Assembly (NCBI GenBank): GCA_964016885.1
Contig: OZ024740.1
Location: 427,614,001-427,678,000, forward strand
Direction of reading: 5' to 3'
DNA from: Eledone cirrhosa
Taxonomy: Eukaryota
Length of the DNA: 64,000 nucleotides
Part shown: piece after piece, positions 1-10,600 of the stretch
Layout of the letters: each line of letters opens with the position of its first letter
Numbering within the stretch: position 1 is the first letter of the stretch
Translations under genes and position numbers: made by a program
Notes under the pieces: generated by a model
The model's database searches: none
What the model was told of the DNA's origin: nothing
What the model saw: only the letters and a program-made list of their open reading frames with translations

Positions 1-389
1 AAATTGTTTCGAATCACACGTTCAGTCAAGAATGCCCTCTCTGTCTCCTGAGCCGCTAATATGGAAATTGAATGTGTTGAGGGGCATCCCACTAGAATTA
101 GGAAAGAGCTGTGGCAACATATGCGAACGTTGTCACTGTACTAGTATTTAGACACGACGCAACCCGAGGTGATTTTCGCCGGTTTAAATGGGGGTCAGGA
201 ACCCAACTCAACCCAGACAAACTGGTAGAATAGCAAAGGGAGGCAAATCCATATAATGGGACTACCCCCGGGTGCTGGACGAAAAAAATAAATAAATAAA
301 ACCGTTAAACTTCATGACTCTTTTTTGGTTCAAATATTCAGGTGGATAAAATCGGGGACGAAGATACGACCAACATAGCTAATTTCACC

Positions 390-605
390 GAGTTGGTGGT
401 GGTGGCGGTACATGTGGTGTTGGTGATAGTGTTGGGGTTGGTTGTGTTAGTGTTGGTGATGATGGCGGTGGTGGTACTGCTGCTCATGATGGTGGCGTCG
501 GTGGCGGTGGCTGTATGGTGGTAGTACATGTGGAGTTGATGGTGTTAGTGTTGGGGATGATGGAGGTGGTGGTTGTGCTGCTGACGCTGGTGGCTGCGGC
601 GGAAG
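390..605. repeat. Degenerate (GGT/GTT)n trinucleotide low-complexity tract
   Basis: Runs of ggtggtggt/gttggtgat; explains the poly-Val/Thr ORFs 338-529. Confidence 0.8.
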
Positions 606-700
606 TGACTTTTTGTTTTTGTTCCTTTTTCATATTTGTTAACATTAAAATAAGTTAAAGTCACGTATATCCAAACTATTTCCTGTGATAGTGTGGGATA

Positions 701-892
701 TAATTGTTTCTACTTTTGGCACAAGGCCAGCAAAAACCCAGTGTATTACTGGTACTTTATTTTATCGACCCCGTAAGGATGAAAGGCAAAGTTAACCTTG
801 GCGGGATTTGAACCCAGAATGGCAAGAGCCGTAACTCTATGCGTCAAAGCATGGCGTCCGACCCTCTACCGATACTGCCAATCCCCTGCCCT
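701..892 (-). mobile_element. tRNA-derived SINE (family A)
   Basis: Minus strand has A-box-like TGGCAGTATCGG, B-box-like GGTTCAAATCCC, central CTTTGCCTTTCATCCTTACGGGGTCGATAAAATAAAGTACCAG (resembles the Meta/MESC SINE domain, from memory) and 3' GGCCTTGTGCC...TAGAAACAATTA. At least 8 related copies in the window. Confidence 0.9.
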
Positions 893-1027
893 AACATGGT
901 GTCCGACCCTCTACCGATACTGCCAATCCCCTGCCCTAACATGGTGTCCGACCCTCTACCGATACTGCCAATCCCCTGCCCTAAAATGGTGTCCGACCCT
1001 CTACCGATACTGCCAATCCCCTGCCTA
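850..1027. repeat. 4 x 45-bp minisatellite made from the SINE 5' head
   Basis: Unit CATGGYGTCCGACCCTCTACCGATACTGCCAATCCCCTGCCCTAA starting at about 850, 895, 940 and 985. Confidence 0.95.
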
Positions 1028-1161
1028 GTGTGAGATATAATGTGGTATGTGCTGCACTTTAAATTTGACTCAACATACTTTAAACTTGATATATAGTGTT
1101 ATTTATCTCTCTTTTTTTACCCCTTTTTTCATCTATCTGTTTTTTGCGTTTTTTGGGAACT

Positions 1162-1195
<34 letters not shown>
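1162..1195 (+). repeat. Poly-G run (34 nt)
   Basis: Uninterrupted G homopolymer. Confidence 0.95.
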
Positions 1196-1197
<2 letters not shown>

Positions 1198-1331
1198 AAT
1201 GAAGGAGTGTTTATCTCAGTATATATACACGAGCTGTTTGTGTGTTGATCGGCGTGCTAATGTATTTATGGTTGTACTTCAAGGTTCGTTAACGATGCTT
1301 CGCAATTGCTGTGAGGCAAAGTGTAGATTAC

Positions 1332-1467
1332 CTTACACATAACCAACGAGAAAGCTCGTTATAGATACTCGACCTGCTAGAAATAGTAGCTAAATTTTTA
1401 ATATCATTCTTTACACTCTTGTAAATTAAAGGACGTATTGGATAACATAGTTCTATATTGACAGTGC
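1332..1467 (-). CDS. Candidate internal exon (136 bp) of an unidentified gene
   Basis: Minus strand: long polypyrimidine tract ...TTCTTCTTCTTCTCAG|GCACTGTC... and donor TGTAAG|GTAATC. One open frame (TVNIELCYPIRPLIYKSVKNDIKNLATISSRSSIYNELSRWLCV). Peptide not recognised. Confidence 0.35.
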
Positions 1468-2257
1468 CTGAGAAGAAGAAGAAAATAAAGAAAGAAACAA
1501 GAGTCATGTCTGAAAAGTCATTGATGTTTCTGAAGAAATCAATCTGAAGAAATGTTGCTGCTACCCATTCATTTATGACATAGGGCGAAGCAGATAAATA
1601 AATAGCTAGAGAAAAATGCATAGTGATACAGAATTTAAGACTATTCAACAGAATTCGTAATATAATCGGCTTGTCTCCCCACAGCCCAGGACGACAGAGT
1701 AGAGAAGGCGTTTCTCCGGGGGACGGAAAGGGAGACGCGCTGGAAAGTCATTGATTATAAGTTTATTCGATCAAAGTTAACCTGGGGGCTAAACGACAAC
1801 AATAACCATTCTCGTTTTGTTCCTCCATTCACATATCACTGGTTTCCTTTTCATTTAATCTCCACAGATTTAACCGCTACTGACATATCATTTATCAATT
1901 TACCACCTAAACCTCTAAATACTCCAACTCCCCTAACATCTCATATAGTATTAGACTGTCCATCCTTCTTTCCTACCTTGGTTCATGGCTTCTTCTCACA
2001 CAACACCTACGTCCTAGGGAGGAAATGAAACGCATGTGGTTTTATAAGTTTTAATCTTAATGACTTTCATCAATTAATGTTGTCATTCTGTTCATTTATT
2101 TTAGTGAGCAAGGTACTAATGGACTAGTGTAAAACAATGTACTAAGTAATACTAAGCCATTGAACGGTTTATAGGTTGATATTGTAGCTACGACATTCCA
2201 TGGTATAGGACTGCTTCGGATATTGAAGATAATCACATCACTACTGAAACAAACTCC

Positions 2258-2420
2258 GCACGCACACACACATACACACACGCGCACACGCACACGCACA
2301 TACATACACATACATACATACACACACACATACACTCACGAACACATACACTCACATACAATCACATACACGCACACACACATACACACACACATACATA
2401 GACACACACATAAACACATA
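2258..2420. repeat. Imperfect (CA)n/(CATA)n microsatellite
   Basis: cacacacatacacaca... tract. Confidence 0.9.
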
Positions 2421-2577
2421 GACGAGTGTCACCGTTGGTATGTTCTGTTACAGTCTCAGGTCGACAGAGGCAGTGAGAGTAAAATTTGGTAGACGGTAAC
2501 TATACGGAAGCTCATCCTGTAATACACTGGGGTAGATTTAATCGATTTTCCGTCTAAATCAGTAACCATTATTAGCA

Positions 2578-2807
2578 CTATGGTGCCATTCCCGGGTGCT
2601 CTCGAAACGTCGGGTCGTTCAGGATTGGTGGGGTACCTGAGTAAACCCTGGGTGGTCATCCCCCACTATTGGGGAATTTTCCTTGTATTTTTATTGGTAT
2701 TTTGTTATTGTTTTTTATATTGTTTACACGTTGTATATGTCAACCCCACTGTCCCAGTCTTTTGTATTGTCCCCTATATGTCGGCCCTTGTGGCCAATAA
2801 ATGAAAT
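2578..2807 (+). mobile_element. 5'-truncated retroposon 3' end (possibly L1/Tx1-type 3'UTR) with 11-bp TSD
   Basis: CATTATTAGCA direct repeat at 2567-2577 and 2808-2818. T-rich UTR-like body ending ...CCCTTGTGGCC-AATAAA-TGAAAT. Clade assignment is tentative. Confidence 0.65.
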
Positions 2808-2824
2808 CATTATTAGCAATGTGG

Positions 2825-3046
2825 AGGGCGGTGGATTAGCAGTATCGGTAGAGCGTTGGAAACAATGCTTTGCGGCATAGAGTTACGGTCCTTTATGGTC
2901 TGAGTTCAAATCCCGCCTAGGTTAGCTTTGCCTTTCATCAATAGAGGGTCGATAAAATAAAGTACCAGTCACGCACTGGGGTCGATTTAATCGACTTTCC
3001 CTTTCACCAACATTGTTGGCCTTGTGCCTAAATCAGAAATTATTAT
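2825..3046 (+). mobile_element. tRNA-derived SINE (family A), near full length
   Basis: GGCGGTGGATTAGCAGTATCGGTAGAGC head, GAGTTCAAATCCC B box, conserved central domain, ATTATT tail. Confidence 0.9.
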
Positions 3047-3047
3047 G

Positions 3048-3056
3048 ATGGTTGTG

Positions 3057-3088
<32 letters not shown>

Positions 3089-3212
3089 TGTTGTTGTTGT
3101 TGTTGTTGTTGTGGTTGTAGTAGAGTAGTAGTAGTAGTAGTAGTAGTTGTTGTCATTGTCGTTGTTGTTGTTGTCATTGTCGTTGTCGTTGTTGTTGTGG
3201 TGGTGGTAGTAG

Positions 3213-3245
<33 letters not shown>

Positions 3246-3262
3246 GGTGGTGGTGGTAGTAG

Positions 3263-3293
<31 letters not shown>

Positions 3294-3317
3294 CTGGTGG
3301 TGGTGGTGGTGGTAGTA

Positions 3318-3348
<31 letters not shown>

Positions 3349-3782
3349 TGTATCAGTAGTAGAAGAGGCAGCAACAGCAGTAGTAGTGGTAATATCAGTA
3401 GTAGTAGTAGTAGCTGTAATATCAGTAGTATTAGTAGTAGTAGTAGTACCAGTAGTAGTAGTAGCAGTAGCAGCAGCAGTAGTAGTATCAGTAGTAGTAG
3501 TAGCTGTAATATCATTAGTAGTAGTAGCAGCAACAGCAGTAGTAGTAGTAGTAGTATCAGTAGTAGTAGTAGTAGTAGCTGTAATATCATTAGTAGTAGT
3601 AGCAGCAACAGCAGTAGTAGTAGTAGTAGTATCAGTAGTAGTAGTAGTAGTAGTAGCTGTAATATCATTAGTAGTAGTAGCAGCAACAGCAGTAGTAGTA
3701 GTAGTAGTAGTATCAGTAGTAGCTGTAGTATCAGTAGTAGTAGTAGCAGCAACAGCAGTAGTAGTAGTAATAGTAGTAATAA
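3048..3782. repeat. Compound (GTA)n/(GTT)n/(GTG)n microsatellite with about 75-80-bp higher-order units
   Basis: Recurring GCTGTAATATCATTAGTAGTAGTAGCAGCAACAGCAGTAGTAG blocks; source of the poly-Leu/Val ORFs. Confidence 0.92.
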
Positions 3783-3954
3783 CTGTTTCTACTTAGGGCA
3801 CAAGGCCAGCAATTACCCAGTGTATTACTGGTACTTTATTTTATCGACTCCGTAAGGATGAAAGGCAAAGTTAACCTCGGCGGGAGTTGAACTCAGTATG
3901 GCAAGGGCCGTAACTATGCTAGAAAGCATGGCGTCCAACCCTCTACCGATACTG
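3780..3954 (-). mobile_element. tRNA-derived SINE (family A), first of a tandem pair
   Basis: Colinear with 701-892. Confidence 0.9.
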
Positions 3955-3960
3955 TAGTAA

Positions 3961-4140
3961 TAACTGTTTCTACTTAGGGCACAAGGCCAGCAATTACCCA
4001 GTACATTACTGGTACTTTATTTTATCGACCCCGTAAGGATGAAAGGCAAAGTCAACCTCGGTGGGATTTGAACTCAGATCGTAAAGGGACGTAACTATGC
4101 TGGTAAGCATGGCGTCCGACCTTCTACCGATACTGCCAAT
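3961..4140 (-). mobile_element. tRNA-derived SINE (family A), second of a tandem pair
   Basis: Colinear with 3780-3954, separated by a few GTA/ATA triplets. Confidence 0.9.
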
Positions 4141-4697
4141 GTAGTAATAACAACACACGGGCAGTATCAGTAGTAATATTGACAGTGTTAAACCATGTGA
4201 CCTTGTATATGAATTAGGCTTCAGACATGGTTTTCTGTGGTGTACTCTTACAGTCTAAACCAGTAGAAAAGAGAAATAATTAATGGTTCTCTCACCCTGC
4301 AATTAAATTACGAGCGGGGAGGGGTAACAATTTGAAACTTAAGTTCTCGATGATTATTTGATCCTAATTATTACGATATTCAATCTTACAACGTAACCGT
4401 CTATAATTTAGTTTTTAATTAATCCAATTTGAGATTTTCACTTTCTTTTTCACCGTCGTCTCTTAGCTACACTTCATCTCAGGAACGATTTTAAATTCCA
4501 TCCAGTATTGATTTCATCCGATTAAGCATAGGAACCTGATATTTATACAGAAGTGAATAGCTGAAGAAATGGTTGAGTGTGTGTACTTTTTGACATGTTT
4601 GTCTTGTGTAGCTGTTTAAAGATGAGAGGAAAACGGTTTCAATTGTAAATCGAAACCGCAACGTAAGCTCAGCTCTTCCTCTGCCTATACCTTACAC

Positions 4698-5159
4698 CAG
4701 AGGTCCCCAATCGCCGGGCTCCGACCGGTACTGGTCCGTGGATCATTTGCTACCGGGCAGCAATTAACTAGTTTGAAATTATATAATAGATAAATTGAAT
4801 ATTGGACTTTAATTTTGAAAGATTTGTTTAAATATTCTATATTCATCCTCTTTAATAAATTGCTCTTATTATTGGCAGTAGAGGGTCGGACGCCATGCTT
4901 TCCAGCAAAGAGTTACGGCCCTTTATGGTCTGAGTACAAATCCCGCCGAGGTTAACTTTGCCTTTCATCCTTACGTGGTCGATAAAATAAAGTACCAGTA
5001 ATGTACTGGGATAATTGCTGGCCTTGTGCCAAATGTAGAAACAGTTATTATTGCTCTCTTTATCGGAATGCACTTAAATAACACATATGTGCAACTACCG
5101 GTCCGCCGAAAGATTGTCCCACATGAAGCCGGTCCGTGGTATAAAACTTTTGGAGACCG
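4698..5159 (+). mobile_element. hAT (Charlie/MER1-like) non-autonomous DNA transposon
   Basis: 5' CAGAGGTCCCCAA...GACCGGTACTGGTCCGTGG and 3' CCGGTCCGTGGTATAAAACTTTTGGAGACCG resemble Charlie3/MER1-type ends. 8-bp TSD CCTTACAC at 4690-4697 and 5160-5167 with central TA. Terminal CTG of the right TIR appears deleted. Confidence 0.8.
4872..5050 (+). mobile_element. tRNA-derived SINE (family A) nested in the hAT MITE
   Basis: Same central domain and tail; ATTGCTCT occurs on both sides (possible TSD). Confidence 0.88.
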
Positions 5160-5835
5160 CCTTACACGATATCATAACTAATACATTAACTAAGCTAAAG
5201 TAATTAAGGCATTGTTTTATTTTATGTCCAAACCATATCCCAAGAATCTAGAAAGTGTGTGCTAATTGTTGCTTAGTTACAGGTAGACATTTAATCAAAT
5301 GCATTAAACTCATGGCCATCCCGATATAGTATATCTAGGAATACATTATTCAATCTCACATTCTCTTTTATTTATGCTTGCTCTGGAGACGTTTAGCTTT
5401 CAATGATTTATTCCATCTAGATTTAAACATGTACCGTATGTGATTGCTCTTTAGGTGTGATTTGGTTGGTAACTTAAGCCCTTTAAGAAACTACGTAAAG
5501 TCTCTTTCGTTTTAAGTATAGGATGGTCCTTGGGTTTGTATATCATCTTTGCTATTACCTGCGACGTTTCAATTTTACTATAAAATCTCCCTTCTAAGTA
5601 GTGTTAAGCTGATGAGATATAAATATCTGCCTTCCTTTCTCTGGTTAGGGTCCTAGTCGATTAAAAATACCCTATATATTACTTGCCTACATGACCGTCA
5701 ATTCAAACATGTCACCGCAAGGCAACGAATCAACTGTGAAACCCACAGCGCTGCTGCAGTTTACAGTAGTAGGTTAATTCACACGAACTGAAGTCAACCA
5801 GTGGGCTTTAAGACGGATAATTGACGTGCTAGAAA

Positions 5836-5949
5836 CGATGAAAGGCAAAGCTGAGCTCGGTGGGCTATGAACTCAGAAAGCAGAGAGGCGAAAGACATAC
5901 TGCTAAGTGTTTGTTGAACACTCTAACAGCTCTGCTAATCCATCGCCCT
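5836..5949 (-). mobile_element. Degenerate SINE (family A-related) 5' half
   Basis: GATGAAAGGCAAAG...TGAACTCAGA...TGCTAATCCATCGCC matches the reverse complement of the SINE head. Confidence 0.7.
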
Positions 5950-6842
5950 AAACCTGCTACAAGTATTACTCAAACCTCCCTCACATAACACATTGTGGCC
6001 TTACAAATATAAAGCGAAGTGATATTGGATAATGTAATGCGATAAACACTATGCCTGAAATGTAGATAGAACGTCTATTATCACGGTTGCCCTGCGGCAA
6101 CACATCAACAACCGCAGGTGGTATCTATTTACATCTAGATGGACTTCGACGTTGTTACATTTGTCGGCTTTTTTTATTTAAAAAAGGACGAGGTATTACC
6201 CTATAACTTCTCGGCTGATTCACATATGCTCTCCTCGAAGGACTAAGTTGGCTCTTAAAACATGAAGTTCAGCGCTCGATAACATTGCCTAGCATCTTGG
6301 GGATGTGTTTTGTTTTTCCATCATCTTCAATGAAACTGGTAGACGAAAACTGCGTAGAAACCAATGAAGGGAGTAGGGAACTGTATATGTAATTAAAAGT
6401 ATCAGAATTACTTTAAGAACATAAATGTCAGTGGAATACACCACCTCGTACATACTGATTCAGTGATAAGGCTGTTCAGCTGATCGAACAACGGAATTAT
6501 TCATCGTCGAGTCTGGTGGAGATCCAGTTACATTAATTTCTAGATTCAGTTGTCATTATGTAGCTGACCCTTGTGGAGCAATTAGTCGGGAGAATGGTTA
6601 ACTGTGATCCAGAGTTCCAGGTATACAAAACCAGATTCTCCGAGTGGCAGCGATTAATCCCCTTTAATGTAGTGCAGCACTTTAGAGATGTCCTCACTGT
6701 ACTATCCACCTTGTTTTTGCATCACTATTGTTATTGTTGTTGTTGTTTCCTTCCAGGCCTTCTTTATTAAAAAGGGATATGATCAAATATGTTCCAGCCG
6801 TTACCATAAACTCTGTCCGTATATTAGGGCCTATATATCAGA

Positions 6843-7040
6843 GTGGTGGATTGACAGAATTGGTAGAGCGTCGGACAACATGCTGTGAAGCATAGGGTTA
6901 CGGCTCTTTACGTTCTGAATTCAAATCCCGCCTTTCATCATTACAGTGTCGATAAAATAAAGTACCAGTAACGTACTGGAGCCAATTTAATCAACTTTTA
7001 ATTCCCCTAAAATTATTAGCCTTGTGCCTAAATCAGAAAA
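6843..7040 (+). mobile_element. tRNA-derived SINE (family A) with internal deletion
   Basis: GTGGATTGACAGAATTGGTAGAGCG head, GAATTCAAATCCC, GTCGATAAAATAAAGTACCAG, CCTTGTGCCTAAATCAGAAA end. Confidence 0.88.
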
Positions 7041-7299
7041 CATCATTAGGGATTATATTGTGCATCTCCTTTTTATAGATAGTCAATATTTCTGGGAATG
7101 TTGCTGCTATTTCTAGCAGATGGATTGTAGGAATAGTTACCCTCATTGGTTGGTTTCTAAATATTAATAGCGACCACAGTGGTGGAGAATAATAGTGAGA
7201 GTACGACTGTTTCAAGTTGGATCTATCAGATAGTACCAAAGAAATGTTTCCGGTGGTCTTTCCAATTGCTAATACTATCTATCTGCCGTAACACCTGGC

Positions 7300-7421
7300 T
7301 GACAGAGTGACGTGAAGTAAAGTGTCTTGCTGAAGGACATAACGCATCGCCCAGTCCGGAAATCGAACTCACAACCACACGATAGTAAATCGATCTCTAT
7401 ATTCACCAAGCCACGCACCTT
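7300..7421 (-). mobile_element. tRNA-derived CORE-type SINE fragment (family B)
   Basis: Minus strand GGTGCGTGGCTTGGTG (A box), GAGTTCGATTTCC (B box), then TGTCCTTCAGCAAGACACTTTACTTCAC resembling the CORE domain. Confidence 0.7.
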
Positions 7422-7626
7422 TACTATCAGTCATAGATTTACTTTTTGTTGTGAATTGAATATTTTGAGATGCCTGAACCTTTCCCAATGTATAAGGGGA
7501 ATTAAAAAGGTAAATCTTTGACATGGGTAATCGAAATCGGTTTGCCGTCTGGGCTTCTCGATGTCCACAGCAATAAATCATGGTTATAATTTGTGTAATT
7601 TAGCCAAAGGTCATACATCGCTTTCA

Positions 7627-10600
7627 CTGTATGTGTGTAAGTGTGTGGTATATGTGTGTGTGTTTGTATAGCTGTGTATGTGTATGTGTTACACTGTATG
7701 TGTGTTGTGTATGTCTGTATAGCTGTGTATGTGTATGTGTTACACTGTATGTGTGTGGTATATGTCTATATAGCTGTTTATGTGTATGTGTTACACTGTA
7801 TGTGTGTGGTGTATGTCTATATAGCTGCGTATGTGTATGTGTTACACTGTATGTGTGTGGTATATGTCTATATAGCTGTGTATGTGTATGTGTTACACTG
7901 TATGTGTGTGGTATATGTCTATATAGCTGTGTATGTGTATGTGTTACACTGTATGTGTGTGGTATATGTCTATATAGCTGTGTATGTGTACGTGTTACAC
8001 TGTATGTGTGTGGTATATGTCTGTATAGCTGTGTATGTGTATGTGTTAGACTGTATGTGTGTGGTATATGTCTGTATAGCTGTGTATGTGTATGTGTTAG
8101 ACTGTATGCGTGTGGTGTATGTCTGTATAGCTGTGTATGTGTATGTGTTACACTGTATGTGTGTGGTATATGTCTGTATAGCTGTGTATGTGTTACACTG
8201 TATGTGTGTGGTATATGTCTGTATAGCTGTGTATGTGTATGTGTTAGACTGTATGCGTGTGGTGTATGTCTGTATAGCTGTGTATGTGTATGTGTTAGAC
8301 TGTATGTGTGTGGTATATGTCTATATAGCTGAGTATGTGTATGTGTTACACTGTATGTGTGTGGTATATGTCTATATAGCTGTGTATATGTATGTGTGTG
8401 GTATATGTCTATATAGCTGTGTATGTGTATGTGTTACACTGTATGTGTGTGGTATATGTCTGTATAGCTGTGTATGTGTATGTGTTAGACTGTATGTGTG
8501 TGGTGTATGTCTATATAGCTGGGTATGTGTATGTGTTACACTGTATGTGTGTGGTATATGTCTATATAGCTGTGTATGTGTATGTGTTACACTGTATGTG
8601 TATGGTATATGACTATATAGCTGTGTATGTGTATGTGTTACACTGTATGTGTGTGGTATATGTCTGTATAGCTGTGTATGTGTATGTGTTAGACTGTATG
8701 TGTGTGGTATATGTCTGTATAGCTGTGTATGTGTTACACTGTATGTGTGTGGTATATGTCTGTATAGCTGTGTATGTGTATGTGTTACACTGTATGTGTG
8801 TGGTATATGTCTGTATAGCTGATGTATGTGTTACACTGTATGTGTGTGGTATATGTCTGTATAGCTGTGTATGTGTATGTGTTACACTGTATGTGTGTGG
8901 TATATGTCTATATAGCTGTGTATGTGTATGTGTTAGACTGTATGTGTGTGGTATATGTCTGTATAGCTGTGTATGTGTATGTGTTACACTGTATGTGTGT
9001 GGTGTATGTCTATATAGCTGTGTATGTGTATGTGTTAGACTGTATGTGTGTGGTATATGTCTGTATAGCTGTGTGTGTGTATGTGTTACACTGTATGTGT
9101 GTGGTGTATGTCTGTATAGCTGTGTATGTGTATGTGTTACACTGTATGTGTGTGGTATATGTCTGTATAGCTGTTTATGTGTATGTCTTACACTGTATGT
9201 GTGTGGTGTATGTCTATATAGCTGGGTATGTGTATGTGTTACACTGTATGTGTGTGGTGTATGTCTATATAGCTGTGTATGTGTATGTGTTACACTGTAT
9301 GTGTGTGGTGTATGTCTATATAGCTGTGTATGTGTATGTGTTACACTGTATGTGTGTGGTATATGTCTGTATAGCTGTGTATGTGTGTGGTATATGTCTA
9401 TATAGCTGTGTATGTGTAAGTGTTAGACTGTATGTGTGTGGTATGTCTGTATAGCTGCTGTGTCTGTGTTACACTGTATGTGTGTGCTGTATGTCTATAT
9501 AGCTGTGTATGTGTATGTGTATGTGTTAGACTGTATGTGTGTGGTGTATGTCTATATAGCTGTGTATGTGTATGTGTTACACTGTATGTGTGTGGTATAT
9601 GCCTATATAGCCGAGTATGTGTATGTGTTACACTGTATGTGTGTGGTGTATGTCTGTATAGCTGTGTATGTGTATGTGTTACACTGTATGTGTGCGGTGT
9701 ATGTCCGTATAGCTGTGTATGCGTATATGTTACACTGTATGTGTGTGGTATATGTCTGTATAGCGGTGTATGTGTTTGTGTTACACCGTATGTGTGTGGT
9801 GTATGTCTGTATAGCTGTGTATGTGTATGTTTTACACTGTATGTGTGTGGTGTATGTCTATATAGCTGTGTATGTGTCTGTGTTACACTGTATGTGTGTG
9901 GTATATGTCTATATAGCTGTGTATGTGTATGTGTTACACTGTATGTGTGTGGTATATGTCTGTATAGTTGTGTATGTGTATGTGTTACACTGTATGTGTG
10001 TGGTATATGTCTATATAGCTGTGTATGTGTATGTGTTAGACTGTATGTGTGTGGTATATGTCTATATAGCTGTGTATGTGTATGTGTTAGACTGTATGTG
10101 TGTGGTATATGTCTATATAGCTGTGTATGTGTATGTGTTAGACTGTATGTGTGTGGTATATGTTTATATAGGTGTGTATGTGTATGTGTTAGACTGTATG
10201 TGTGTGGTATATGTCTATATAGCTGTGTATGTGTATGTGTTACACTGTATGTGTATGTGTTACACTGTATGTGTGTGGTATATGTCTACATAGCTGTGTA
10301 TGTGTATGTGTTACACTGTATGTGTGTGGTGTATGTCTGTATAGCTGTGTATGTGTGTGTGTTACACTGTATGTGTGTGGTATATGTCTATATAGCTGTG
10401 TATGTGTATGTGTTACACTGTATGTGTGTGGTATACGTCTATATAGCTGTGTATGTGTATGTGTTAGACTGTATGTGTGTGGTATATGTCTGTATAGCTG
10501 TGTATGTGTATGTGTTACAATGTATGTGTGTGGTGTATGTCTATATAGCTGTGTATGTGTATGTGTTACACTGTATGTGTGTGGTATATGTCTGTATAGC

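Noticed and set aside
1-300. Possible LINE 3' end finishing in A7(TAAA)3
   Set aside because: No recognisable protein motif, and the 5' side is outside the window, so no TSD can be checked.
1162-1195. Poly-G as a functional G-quadruplex
   Set aside because: It could form one, but nothing indicates function and homopolymer length is error-prone.
3174-3796. Poly-Leu/Val membrane-protein-like ORFs
   Set aside because: Translations of the (GTA)n microsatellite.
5540-5635. CTGATGA followed by hairpin GATAT-AA-ATATC, and a nearby minus-strand GAAACGTCG
   Set aside because: No GAAA after the hairpin and no CUGANGA for the minus motif; at most a decayed hammerhead.
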